From Bdellovibrionales bacterium (lineage in GTDB: Bacteria; Bdellovibrionota; Bdellovibrionia; Bdellovibrionales; UBA1609), in assembly GCA_027317865.1 (NCBI GenBank), contig DAHVQG010000004.1, positions 1 through 64,000 on the forward strand: DNA of 64,000 bases. Direction: 5' to 3'. Both the position numbers and the translations under genes were made by a program. Positions within the stretch are counted from its first letter, which is position 1, and each line of letters opens with the position of its first letter. Below are positions 37,991-47,530 of this stretch, piece by piece. The notes beneath the pieces were generated by a model that saw only the letters and a list, made by a program, of their open reading frames with translations, was not told the origin of the DNA and did no database searches.

Positions 37991-39370
37991 CTACTTACTT
38001 TTCATCACAAAAACGCGAACGGGAACACCTTCAAGCCCCCATTGTTTTTGAATTCTGTTGATTAGAAACTTTCGATACGCCGGAGTGACTCCTTCAGGAT
38101 GATTGGCAAAGGCTATAAAACTCGGCGGCCGTTGTTCGGTCTGGGTCAAATAATAAAATTTCACATTCGTCGTTCGATAGACTGGAGCTGGCGCCTGCCG
38201 AATGACTTCGTAAAAAAAGTCATTCAATTCACGCGTCGAGACTTTAAACTCAAGCTTATGCGCCACCCTTACGACTTCATCCAGCAAATCGCGCACGTTC
38301 TGAGGGCCCACCGCCGTTGTAAATACAACAGGCACGTCGGGCGCGAAATGAAAAACAAAATCAAGACGCTCGCGAAACCATTTTTTCGGCTGGTCGTGCT
38401 CGGCCTTTAGCAAATCGAATTTGTTGGCAACGACTATGACCGCCTTGGCTTTTTCATAACTGTATTCGACAATGTGGGCGTCTTGCTCCGCCGGCCCTAA
38501 TACTGAATCGACCACAAGTAGAACGAGATCCGCCCGGTCAATTGCGTCAAATGATTTGTAAGCCGACAGAATTTCGACTTCGTCACGACCGCCCAATCGC
38601 TTACCCTGCCGCCGTAAACCAGCCGTATCAATGAACGTGAGTGCTTGCTTCACACTGCCGTTCGGCCCGCGATATTCGTATTCAAATTTTTCTTCAATGG
38701 CATCTACGGTTGTCCCGGGCGTTGCGGATACAAGCACTCGCTTTTCGCCTAATATGGCATTGACGATCGAACTCTTGCCGGCATTTGGTTTGCCAATGAC
38801 TGCAATGCGAATGGAGTTATCGTCAACTACTTCGCCTTCGGGGATCGCAGCGATGATTTTTTCAACAATGGCGTCAGTATGATCTCGCCTTTCAACCGAC
38901 GCATGCAAAACATCGACGCCCAATTCATAAAATTCGGATTTGAGCAGCTCGGCATCTTTCTCTCGATCGACTTTGTTGAGCACGACGAAAAACGGTTTGC
39001 CGCTTTCGTTGGCAATGCGCACCACATCGCGGTCTTCCGGGACCAAACCCGTTTTCGCATCCATCATTACGATAAGAAGGTCGACGTACTTAAGAACAGA
39101 CATTACTTGTTCATAAATAAGCGCCGAAAATTGCGAAGCCTTGCGTTCGTCAGTAGGGCGGCCGCGAGTTAACCCACCGGTATCTAGTACCTCAAACGAT
39201 TTACCCCACCAATCGGCGGTGCCGGTGATTATATCGCGTGTGACACCCGGTTCATTTTTAACGAGTGCCCGTCGCGATCGTGTCAGAAAATTAAATAATG
39301 ATGATTTACCGACGTTCGGGCGCCCGATAAGCGCGACGCGAAATCGCGATCGACTGGAATTCACGGTCAC
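37991..39370 (-). CDS. der: Ribosome biogenesis GTPase Der
   Basis: Two G domains (GRPNVGKS, GKPNAGKS, DTGG, DTAG, NKVD, NKFD) plus a KH-like C-terminus. Confidence 0.97.
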   Translation of the reverse strand: MTVNSSRSRFRVALIGRPNVGKSSLFNFLTRSRRALVKNEPGVTRDIITGTADWWGKSFEVLDTGGLTRGRPTDERKASQFSALIYEQVMSVLKYVDLLIVMMDAKTGLVPEDRDVVRIANESGKPFFVVLNKVDREKDAELLKSEFYELGVDVLHASVERRDHTDAIVEKIIAAIPEGEVVDDNSIRIAVIGKPNAGKSSIVNAILGEKRVLVSATPGTTVDAIEEKFEYEYRGPNGSVKQALTFIDTAGLRRQGKRLGGRDEVEILSAYKSFDAIDRADLVLLVVDSVLGPAEQDAHIVEYSYEKAKAVIVVANKFDLLKAEHDQPKKWFRERLDFVFHFAPDVPVVFTTAVGPQNVRDLLDEVVRVAHKLEFKVSTRELNDFFYEVIRQAPAPVYRTTNVKFYYLTQTEQRPPSFIAFANHPEGVTPAYRKFLINRIQKQWGLEGVPVRVFVMKSK

Positions 39371-40074
39371 CTCAATGTCTCAAGTGCCATTCGCGCAGCT
39401 TCTTGTTCGGCTTGTTTTTTGCTGCGTCCCCGACCGCGCGCTATAATCTCGGTACCGACTCGTAGAATCACATGAAAAACTTTTTCGTGATCGGGGCCCT
39501 CTTCTCGCTCAACTTCGTATCGAGGTACGTGTCGTGCCTCAGCACTTCGTGCAGCTTGTATTTTTTCTTGGAGTCTCGTTTTGTAATCGTCATGATATTG
39601 CGATTCGAGATCCAATTTTTCGAGTCGAGCTTGAAACATTTGGCGGATTACCCGATTCGCGGTCGCATAGTCACTATCCACAAAAATCGCTCCCAAAACC
39701 GCCTCTAACGCACAGGCAAGAAGTCGCGGCTTTGAAGCCCCGCCGCTATTTCTTTCACCCTTGCCTAAGCGTAAAACTTGATCGATATGCAACTCTTTCG
39801 ATACCTCAGCCAACGCCGATTCGTTAACAAGACTGGCCCGCATTTTTGAAAGCGACCCCTCGTCGTGGCGTGGAAAGCGCTCCATCAGATCCGCAGATAG
39901 TACCAAATCTAAAACAGCATCGCCTAAAAATTCGAGCCGCTCATTGTCGCCACCTGTACTGTCCCCCATTTCGTTCTTATAGCTCTTGTGGGTCAAAGCC
40001 TGTGAAAGAAGATCGGGGTTTTGAAAAGTGTAACTGTACTGCAATAAGAGGGCGTCAACCAAATCCTTGGACAT
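39367..40074 (-). CDS. rnc: Ribonuclease III
   Basis: NERLEFLGDAVL; dsRBD SKKQAEQEAA. Confidence 0.97.
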   Translation of the reverse strand: MSKDLVDALLLQYSYTFQNPDLLSQALTHKSYKNEMGDSTGGDNERLEFLGDAVLDLVLSADLMERFPRHDEGSLSKMRASLVNESALAEVSKELHIDQVLRLGKGERNSGGASKPRLLACALEAVLGAIFVDSDYATANRVIRQMFQARLEKLDLESQYHDDYKTRLQEKIQAARSAEARHVPRYEVEREEGPDHEKVFHVILRVGTEIIARGRGRSKKQAEQEAARMALETLR

Positions 40075-40096
40075 ACCGCTATGTCCTTAGCACATT

Positions 40097-41446
40097 TCAT
40101 GTAGCGGCGGAAGGGTACTGTATAATTTCTCCGGTCAACAACGGCTCGATTTCGCTCGGTTTTGAAGAAAATGCCGTCACTTTTACGGGTACTTCACGGC
40201 CACCTAACCGATCAGCGGCGCCGTTTAAATCGATAGTCCAATAATCACGCGCTAAGCCCCTCTCGTTCTTCAAAATTAATGCTTTTTTGACGGCGCCAAT
40301 CTGTTCCCGCGCTTTGGCCAAAAATCGCTCTTGGCTGAGTTCACGAAGCTTTTGCGCGCGGCGAACAATCACCGGTTGAGCAAGCTTTCTGTCGAGCCGA
40401 GTTGCGTATGTGCCAGGGCGCTCGCTGTACGGAAAAACATGAATGCGCGTCCATGGGGCTTCGTTGAGGTGTTGATAAGTTTCAGAAAATTCTTCTTCGC
40501 CTTCACCCGGAAAGCCCACGATCACATCCATGCCAACGAATGCCTCAGGAACACGCCTTGAAATATTATGTAACGCCTTGACCACGTCATCTTTGGTGTA
40601 TTTTCGTTTCATGCGTGCGAGCACGGGAGTTGATGCGCTTTGAATACTCATGTGAAAATGGGGGCATAATCGCGGATCGGCAAAAAGTTCGAAAAGCCGA
40701 TCGCTTAACTCAACTGGCTCCAGACTGGTAAGACGCAATCGGGGCACTCGTGTACGAAGAAGCAAATCTTCAACGAGATTTTCAAGCCCAAACTCGTAGT
40801 CGCCAATGTGCACGCCCGTCAGGACCACTTCGCGCACGCCGTCAGCCAAAAGCTCGTTCACCCGCCGGCGCAAATCTTCTATCGGGAGCGAGCGACTCTT
40901 ACCGCGCGCAAACGGGATCACGCAAAATGTGCAAAAGCTATTGCAACCGTCCTGGATTTTTAAAAAAGCCCGCGTGTGACCGGATTCAAGCCCGCCACCC
41001 GCACCCAATTCGGCCTGTTTAAATATATTCGATTTAAAAACCCGCGACAAATTATTGCCGCCGCCCGATTGCGGGCCAAGCTTGCCCTTATTGAGCATTC
41101 GTTCGCGCAATATTTGTGAAAGACGTGATTTATGGGAATTCGCCACGATCAAATCGACGCTCGCGCAAGACTCAAGCTTTTCGGTGTCGACTTGAGCCGA
41201 ACATCCCGTGACAACGACAAAGCTTTCCGGATCGTCACGTTTAATCCGCCGAGCTTGGCGGATCACTTCGCGCGTCGCCTCCGCTGTCACGGCACAACTA
41301 TTGAGTATATGTACGCGTGGCACTCCATCCGGCGTAAACCCGTTTTCTTGGAGGTACTTTTCAAGCAATCCCGAATCGTAGGTATTCACCTTGCAACCGA
41401 AGGTTGTAAGCCGATAGTTCAGGCTGATGTCGTCTGAACCGCTCAC
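40097..41446 (-). CDS. mtaB: tRNA t6A37 methylthiotransferase
   Basis: TFGCKVN, NSCAVT, LKIQDGCNSFCTFC, TGVHIG. Confidence 0.92.
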   Translation of the reverse strand: MSGSDDISLNYRLTTFGCKVNTYDSGLLEKYLQENGFTPDGVPRVHILNSCAVTAEATREVIRQARRIKRDDPESFVVVTGCSAQVDTEKLESCASVDLIVANSHKSRLSQILRERMLNKGKLGPQSGGGNNLSRVFKSNIFKQAELGAGGGLESGHTRAFLKIQDGCNSFCTFCVIPFARGKSRSLPIEDLRRRVNELLADGVREVVLTGVHIGDYEFGLENLVEDLLLRTRVPRLRLTSLEPVELSDRLFELFADPRLCPHFHMSIQSASTPVLARMKRKYTKDDVVKALHNISRRVPEAFVGMDVIVGFPGEGEEEFSETYQHLNEAPWTRIHVFPYSERPGTYATRLDRKLAQPVIVRRAQKLRELSQERFLAKAREQIGAVKKALILKNERGLARDYWTIDLNGAADRLGGREVPVKVTAFSSKPSEIEPLLTGEIIQYPSAAT

Positions 41447-42546
41447 TTCATATCTCCGGAATATATCCAGCCGCCGCCAAGAAGTTCCCGCCCACGGTAA
41501 AGTACTGCGGCTTGGCCGCGCGTCACCGCTCGTTGCGGCTCTAAAAATTGCAATTCGATACGCTCCCCATTAGCGTTTTTGCGCACAATCGCGTCGGCGC
41601 CTTTGTGGGCGTATCGAATTTTGGCCCTAACCGTTTCGCCGTCTGCGACGCCGGCAAGCCAATTCACGTCGCGCACCATAACCTGTGAAGAATATAAAAA
41701 ACTTTCGTCGCCCATCCACACGGTCGCGGCTTGCGCGTCAATTTTAACGACATAAATTGGCGAGCCAATAGCAATACCGAACCCTTTACGCTGCCCAATG
41801 GTAAAATTATGAATACCGCTGTGCTCGCCCAATACCTCGCCTGACGGATATTTTCGAATGACGCCCGGACGTAACTGCGACGGCGAGACTTGCGATTCTA
41901 TAAAACCAGCGTATCCGGTTTTGCCTATAAAACAAATTCCTGTGGAGTCTTTTTTGCGCGCAACAGGCAAACCGATTTTTTCGGCATAAGCGCGAACGTC
42001 AGGTTTTTGCCAGCTCCCGACCGGGAACAACAAACGCGTTAAAATTTCGCGATTCAAAGTAAATAAAAAATACGTTTGATCTTTCCACGAATCTTCACTG
42101 GTTACGATCGTCGCGAGCCCGTCTGTTCCGCGCTCGACACGGGCATAGTGGCCAGTTGCCAAATAATCGCACTGCAATTCGCGCATCTTGGTGAACAGAT
42201 GATCGAATTTTAAAAATGTATTACAATTCACGCACGGTATGGGGGTTTCGCCTTTCAAATATTCGCTGACAAAATCGTCGATGACGCTGGTTTTGAATTT
42301 TTCTTCGCAATTAATAACATAAAAAGGAATATTCAAATGATCAGCGACCGCACGAGCATCATCTACATCAAGGCTTGAGCAGCATGTTCCGTGGCCCTCC
42401 TCAATTGCGCAATGGTTAGCCGAGTAGTCCCAAACTTGCATTGTGACACCGACGACGTCATATCCCTGCTCGACAAGAACCGCCGCCGCGACCGAACTAT
42501 CGACTCCACCGGACATGGCAACTAGAACGCGCGGCTTATTAGACAT
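41443..42546 (-). CDS. mnmA: tRNA 2-thiouridine(34) synthase
   Basis: MSGGVDSS, PCVNCN, ATGHY, KDQTYFL, DSTGICF. Confidence 0.96.
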   Translation of the reverse strand: MSNKPRVLVAMSGGVDSSVAAAVLVEQGYDVVGVTMQVWDYSANHCAIEEGHGTCCSSLDVDDARAVADHLNIPFYVINCEEKFKTSVIDDFVSEYLKGETPIPCVNCNTFLKFDHLFTKMRELQCDYLATGHYARVERGTDGLATIVTSEDSWKDQTYFLFTLNREILTRLLFPVGSWQKPDVRAYAEKIGLPVARKKDSTGICFIGKTGYAGFIESQVSPSQLRPGVIRKYPSGEVLGEHSGIHNFTIGQRKGFGIAIGSPIYVVKIDAQAATVWMGDESFLYSSQVMVRDVNWLAGVADGETVRAKIRYAHKGADAIVRKNANGERIELQFLEPQRAVTRGQAAVLYRGRELLGGGWIYSGDMK

Positions 42547-43846
42547 TTCTAACCTCGGTGTCTTTTTGAGCCAATTGCGACCGCGACGGAGATGGCGCCC
42601 AGCCGGAAATTAAACGTAACCGCGCGATCACCTTCTCTAGAGTTTCTGTGAATTTGGCAATTTCGTCGTCAGTGGTTCCCCAGCCGAGACTCACACGAAG
42701 ACTGCCTTGCGCTTCACGCCGGCTCAAGCCCATGGCGACTAATACCGGACTCGGCTCCGGATTGCCGCTAGAGCAAGCCGCACCCGTGCTCACAGAAATC
42801 CCCTCAAGATCGAGATTCATCAATAAGCTTTCACCATCGACGCCTTCAATAACGAGACTTGAGGTATTCGGCAGCCTCACGACTGTCGTCTTCGGCAGCC
42901 TCACGACTGTCGTCTTCGGCAAACGCTTAGCTGCTGTGCTTGGATTGTTTACATAACCAGTCACCGAAATTCCTGGTACGCGCGATAAAAGATCTTGCTC
43001 AAACCGATCGCGTAACCCCTGCATGCGGTTCGCGTGGTCGGAAATACTATTTTTGTGCTCATGAGCTGCCCACCCAAAAGCGGTTATCGCCAATACATTT
43101 TCTGTTCCCGCACGACGTCCTCGCTCTTGGCCTCCGCCTAAAACAAGACCCGTTAACCGCTCGCCTTTTTTTGCAAAAATGAGCCCCACACCTTTGAGAG
43201 CATACATTTTGTGGGAGGCAAAAGTGGCGAAATCCACTCCCCACTCTGAAACATTCACGGGGATTTTTCCGAGCGTTTGAACCGCATCGGTGTGAAATCT
43301 TGCACCCACCGCATGCGCTTTCTGCGCCATTTCGGTAACCGGAAACAGCGTGCCCGTTTCGTTATTGGCGGCCATAACTGAGACTAATGCCGTTCGCTCT
43401 GACAAAACACGATTGTAAAATTCAAGGTCGATTCGACCATCGCGGGCGACGGGAATTTCGTGAACAATCCCACCACGATCACGAATCCATTTAAAACATT
43501 CCGCCACGCTCGGATGTTCAACCGTCGAGGTAATATACTCATTTCGGCCGGTGGAATCAGACTGCGCAAATACACCTTTAATGACGGCATTATTGCTTTC
43601 GCTCCCGCCGCTCGTAAATACCAGTTCAAGCGGGTGGCAACCGATTAAATCGGCAAGCCTCTTTCGCGCTTCTCGAATCAAATTTTTCGGGCCTCGACCC
43701 GACCAATGGATACTGGACGGATTTCCCCATCGTGATGCCCAATCCGGCAATTGTTCAACAATTGAACTCAGCAGCGGAGTTGTGGCGTTGTGATCAAGGT
43801 AAATCCGACCTTTATCTTTAAGGGATAAGCTCGGAGTGTCTTTCAT
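42539..43846 (-). CDS. iscS: Cysteine desulfurase (IscS/NifS family)
   Basis: IYLDHNATTP, HTDAVQ, SHK (PLP Lys), STGAACSSG. Confidence 0.92.
   Translation of the reverse strand: MKDTPSLSLKDKGRIYLDHNATTPLLSSIVEQLPDWASRWGNPSSIHWSGRGPKNLIREARKRLADLIGCHPLELVFTSGGSESNNAVIKGVFAQSDSTGRNEYITSTVEHPSVAECFKWIRDRGGIVHEIPVARDGRIDLEFYNRVLSERTALVSVMAANNETGTLFPVTEMAQKAHAVGARFHTDAVQTLGKIPVNVSEWGVDFATFASHKMYALKGVGLIFAKKGERLTGLVLGGGQERGRRAGTENVLAITAFGWAAHEHKNSISDHANRMQGLRDRFEQDLLSRVPGISVTGYVNNPSTAAKRLPKTTVVRLPKTTVVRLPNTSSLVIEGVDGESLLMNLDLEGISVSTGAACSSGNPEPSPVLVAMGLSRREAQGSLRVSLGWGTTDDEIAKFTETLEKVIARLRLISGWAPSPSRSQLAQKDTEVRNV
42867..42921. repeat. Perfect 24-bp tandem repeat (2.3 copies) inside the cysteine desulfurase gene
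   Basis: TTCGGCAGCCTCACGACTGTCGTC x2 + TTCGGCA; encodes RLPKTTVV RLPKTTVV RLPN. Confidence 0.95.
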
Positions 43847-43892
43847 ATTGAGCGACAACCTAGCACATTCGCGCCCTGGATGAAAGTACAGG

Positions 43893-43920
43893 TCAAGCTT
43901 AAGGGGCCACATTCCGATGT
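43893..43920 (+). promoter_or_regulatory. Sigma28-like promoter
   Basis: TCAAG-N15-TCCGATGT, 8 nt before the in-frame ATG at 43929. Confidence 0.45.
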
Positions 43921-43922
43921 AA

Positions 43923-45116
43923 ATGTGGATGAAGACTGTTAAAGACTGGGTTTCGGGCCTAAAAATCTCAAGCGAAAAATACGAGTCCTGGCTGCGAGAA
44001 GCTCCAGCCGGTGAGTCTTTTACGTACTGGTGTTTGCAAACCGGCCGCTTAGACGAAGACGCCTATATAGAATGGGCGCGAGAATTTTACCATTTGCCGT
44101 CACTCAATTCCGAGTTCTTTGCAAGACCTCCCCGGCATGACTTGTGGCAATCTATTCAAAGCGTCGCCAATTGGTCGGCTTCTCTCATACCGATTGCCGA
44201 ATGGGATGGCGTTATTTACATCGTTTGCGTCGAGCCGTCACCGGAAACACGATGGAGCTTTCCGGTACAATATCTGCTCGCTCGTGCACACGACTTAAAA
44301 AATTTTTGGCAGGCCCTTGTGGTAATGGATGAACCAGTTTTCGCAGCCATTCCGCCGACACCGGACAAACAAACAACCGGAGCGCCGCCCATTGAACCGC
44401 CACCGCTCGGCGCCGACAACCCTGCCGGTTTAAATTTGGGAGCGATTAAAATTCAATCCGCGTCAAACGAGCGCGATTTTATGTCAGAACTTGAAACGGC
44501 GGTGAGCCCGAAGGCAGATAATTTAAAAACCGCGTCCCCGGAAGGTGAAAAAGAAGCTACCGCCGATGACGACGCCACAGTTGCCCCCGAAGGTTTTGTT
44601 TTAAATACCGTCGCGCCGCCAAAAATCGAATTTTCTTCGGCTCCAGCTGAAGGTGCGAAAGCTGAAGGAACGGCATCCGAAGTCACGCAAATTCACACGC
44701 AATTTCTTTCGAAAATGGTTACAAAATTTAGCGGAGCGATGATTATCGAGGTGTCAGGTGATCATTTTGTTCCTTCGATTTGGAATGAAAGCTTTCGCGC
44801 GGTCAACGATCGCGCCCGACAACCCTGGGATTTAAATACGGCAAGTGCTTTTCGCATCGCCTTTCGGACCGGCCAACCCTATCTCGGTCATGTCGTACCG
44901 ACTGAGTTGAATTCGGAATTTTTTAAAGCATGGGGCTTTGAAGACGCCCCGAAATCCATACTCGTGCAGCCCGTAAAAAATGCCGGCGATAAAGTTAGCC
45001 ATCTTTTGCTATTTCTTGCCGACGATCAAAAGCATTTTCATCAATTGCTGACTGATGCCGAAAAGTTAGCGGCTGAATTTTCAGAATCACCAACTATTCA
45101 AAAAAGTGCCGCTTAG
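43923..45116 (+). CDS. Hypothetical two-domain protein (GspE-N-like N-terminus, Pro/Ala-rich linker, GAF-like C-terminus)
   Basis: 397-aa ORF; domain guesses are by eye only; start at 43923 or 43929. Confidence 0.6.
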   Translation: MWMKTVKDWVSGLKISSEKYESWLREAPAGESFTYWCLQTGRLDEDAYIEWAREFYHLPSLNSEFFARPPRHDLWQSIQSVANWSASLIPIAEWDGVIYIVCVEPSPETRWSFPVQYLLARAHDLKNFWQALVVMDEPVFAAIPPTPDKQTTGAPPIEPPPLGADNPAGLNLGAIKIQSASNERDFMSELETAVSPKADNLKTASPEGEKEATADDDATVAPEGFVLNTVAPPKIEFSSAPAEGAKAEGTASEVTQIHTQFLSKMVTKFSGAMIIEVSGDHFVPSIWNESFRAVNDRARQPWDLNTASAFRIAFRTGQPYLGHVVPTELNSEFFKAWGFEDAPKSILVQPVKNAGDKVSHLLLFLADDQKHFHQLLTDAEKLAAEFSESPTIQKSAA

Positions 45117-45607
45117 CAACTCGAACTTACCGAAATTTCACGCGCCCCCGATTTTAATTGCAATAAACGCACGTCAATGATGTGCCATCCTGGGACACAA
45201 AACTTTGAATTGTTTGACATCCTCCCCGAAGGTTGCAATTTTTCCGGCCATTCGATGAATACAAGCCCATTACTTGCCGTCAGAACATCCCATAAACCAA
45301 CCGTTTCTAACTCATCCTCGCTATTGACCCGGTAAAGATCAAAATGATCAATTCGCCGGTTTGTCCCCAAGTTATAAACCTGATGAATCGCAAACGTGGG
45401 GCTAGCCACTTCCGCTTCGTGACTGGACGTTTCGCGTGACATCTCCCGCGCTACGGTTTCAACAAGCTTTGTCTTACCGACACCGAGCTCCCCCGTTAAT
45501 AACACAACCGTGCGATTGCCAAAGCGCTCAATTAATGCGCGCGCCACGGGAATTAAGTCTTCTAAGGTGGAAACAATAAATTTATTCGAGCGCTCCGAAT
45601 CGTTCAT
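45113..45607 (-). CDS. tsaE: tRNA threonylcarbamoyladenosine biosynthesis ATPase TsaE
   Basis: GELGVGKT, SPTF, HFDLYR, IEWPE. Confidence 0.94.
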   Translation of the reverse strand: MNDSERSNKFIVSTLEDLIPVARALIERFGNRTVVLLTGELGVGKTKLVETVAREMSRETSSHEAEVASPTFAIHQVYNLGTNRRIDHFDLYRVNSEDELETVGLWDVLTASNGLVFIEWPEKLQPSGRMSNNSKFCVPGWHIIDVRLLQLKSGAREISVSSSC

Positions 45608-45700
45608 TTAGTTCATTGTAAGACTCTCCTAACAAAACCGCAATGCGGAGCATCCGTCTTCTTGATTGACGAAAGAATTGAGATAGTTACAAATTGATTT

Positions 45701-46708
45701 ATTAAAACAAGAAGATTCACTTTTCTTTTTAAAATCGTACTGGCAGGCGGAATCCTTTTCTGGCTTGCACGCTCGCATTATTTGAATATCGCGGATCTCA
45801 AAAGAGCGCTCAACCCTATTTTTTTGCCTTTGGCGATCTTCGGTGAGTTCGCGATGTTTTTGTGTGCTGCCGAACGCTTTCGCAATCTTTTAAAGGCGCA
45901 AGGGGTCCTGCTCACTTTTCGTCATAATTTCGAGATTTTTTTTATCGGCCAATTTTTTAATTTTGTTCTGCCGGGCGGCGTTGGGGGCGACGCGGTCAAA
46001 GCGTTCTACATTCACAAAGACGTCGGTGAGCTGGCCGAAACATCTCCGTACACTGTATTGTTTGATCGCCTAATTGGATTTTTCGTGCTTTCATCAATGG
46101 CGGTGCTCGTCGTGATTTTTCATTGGTCACAGTTTCAAATGCGCCCCCAATTGCGTGCGCTTTCGTATATTGTGATTTGCGAGTTTTCACTACTCACTTC
46201 GATAATGGCCACTGGTTACTTCCGCCGCTCACGGGAGATGTTATTGCACCTTGCACCTAAAAAATTTAATCACCTACATAAATTTACTTCTAAGATAGTG
46301 AAGTCATTTGAATTTTACGCGGCTAATCCGAAATATGTTTTGCGTGGGCTTGCGTGGGGTATTTGCATGCAAACTTTTTCGGTTTTGGCGCTTGCTGCAG
46401 TCGGAGCCGCCGTACACATTGAAACGGTTCCGCTCAGTGCTTATTTTTTCATCGGACCTCTCGGATTTATGTTGGCATCTCTACCGATTTCTCCGGGCGG
46501 TATAGGCGTTGGACAGGCCGGATTTTATTTCTTTTTCAACGCTTATTTGGGCCATCGCTCTTCGCTCGGACCGATTGCCATAACCGTGGTTCAAATAATT
46601 ACTCTCGCTTGGTCAATGATTGGTTTATACTTTTATTTTGCCCGACGCGGCGGCATAGCAAAACCGCTTACAGCGTCGCCGCAATCGCCAAAAAATCTTT
46701 CGGTTTGA
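45701..46708 (+). CDS. Lysylphosphatidylglycerol synthase TM-domain (UPF0104/YbhN) flippase-like protein
   Basis: FFNFVLPGGVGGDAVK, DRLIG, LPISPGGIGV; frame stays open upstream of TTG 45782 back to 45698; start codon uncertain. Confidence 0.85.
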   Translation: MKTRRFTFLFKIVLAGGILFWLARSHYLNIADLKRALNPIFLPLAIFGEFAMFLCAAERFRNLLKAQGVLLTFRHNFEIFFIGQFFNFVLPGGVGGDAVKAFYIHKDVGELAETSPYTVLFDRLIGFFVLSSMAVLVVIFHWSQFQMRPQLRALSYIVICEFSLLTSIMATGYFRRSREMLLHLAPKKFNHLHKFTSKIVKSFEFYAANPKYVLRGLAWGICMQTFSVLALAAVGAAVHIETVPLSAYFFIGPLGFMLASLPISPGGIGVGQAGFYFFFNAYLGHRSSLGPIAITVVQIITLAWSMIGLYFYFARRGGIAKPLTASPQSPKNLSV

Positions 46709-47459
46709 GGCTCGCTCCCCCGACTAGAAAGCCGTCGATGTTGGCTTGTGATGCGAGTTCTCGGGCGTTTTCGGGCTTAACACTACCACCGTAAAGGATC
46801 GGAATTTCATGAGCTCGCTTCTTACCAAGCAACGTTTCGAGTTCGGTACGAATTTCGGCGTGCATATCACTCGCCTGAGCTGGAGTCGCTACTTTGCCCG
46901 TTCCAATTGCCCATACGGGTTCGTAAGCGATTGTAAATCGACGGGATTGAGCAAAGTCACCAATTATGAGTTCAAGTCCGCCGCGCAGTTGACGTCCAAC
47001 AATGTCTTTTGTTTGGTTTGATTCTCGTTCAGCTAAAGATTCCCCCACGCATAGTATCGGCATTAAATCGGCCGACATCGACGCCTTTACTTTTTTAGCG
47101 ATTGCCTCGTCGGTTTCACCGAACAACGTCCGTCGCTCGCTGTGGCCAATAAGCGCTACCTCTGCCCCGAGCGCACGCACCGCCTGTGGAGAAATTTCGC
47201 CCGTAAATGCGCCGCTATTAACAAAATAGATATTCTGTGGGCCAATTTGAAATCCATTTTTAACGGCAAACTCTACTGCCACCGGTAAATCATAGGCCGG
47301 CGTAAAAAATACGACATCGCAGTTAAGAGGTGCGGTTTGCTCCGGTGTTTGTCTCGCCTGTTGTATCGTCCCGACCAATTCGCTCCACTCGACAAAATAG
47401 CGGCGGGCTTCGTCAGGTGAAAAATTTAATTTCCAGTTCGCCGCACAGATCTTTCTCAT
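46668..47459 (-). CDS. tpiA: Triosephosphate isomerase
   Basis: ANWK, GHSERR, AYEPVWAIGTG, LYGGSV, LVGGAS. Confidence 0.97.
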   Translation of the reverse strand: MRKICAANWKLNFSPDEARRYFVEWSELVGTIQQARQTPEQTAPLNCDVVFFTPAYDLPVAVEFAVKNGFQIGPQNIYFVNSGAFTGEISPQAVRALGAEVALIGHSERRTLFGETDEAIAKKVKASMSADLMPILCVGESLAERESNQTKDIVGRQLRGGLELIIGDFAQSRRFTIAYEPVWAIGTGKVATPAQASDMHAEIRTELETLLGKKRAHEIPILYGGSVKPENARELASQANIDGFLVGGASLKPKDFLAIAATL

Positions 47460-47475
47460 AGAAATGGTCAACCTA

Positions 47476-47530
47476 CTATTTTCTCAAAGCTTCTATTTTC
47501 TCAAAGCCTCTATTTTCTCAAAGCCTCTAT
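47476..47530. repeat. 17-bp tandem repeat x3 spanning the pgk stop codon
   Basis: CTATTTTCTCAAAGC(C/T)T at 47476, 47493 and 47510, then CTAT. Confidence 0.95.

Noticed and set aside
47476..47530. CRISPR-like array
   Set aside because: The repeats are contiguous with no spacers, and there are no cas genes
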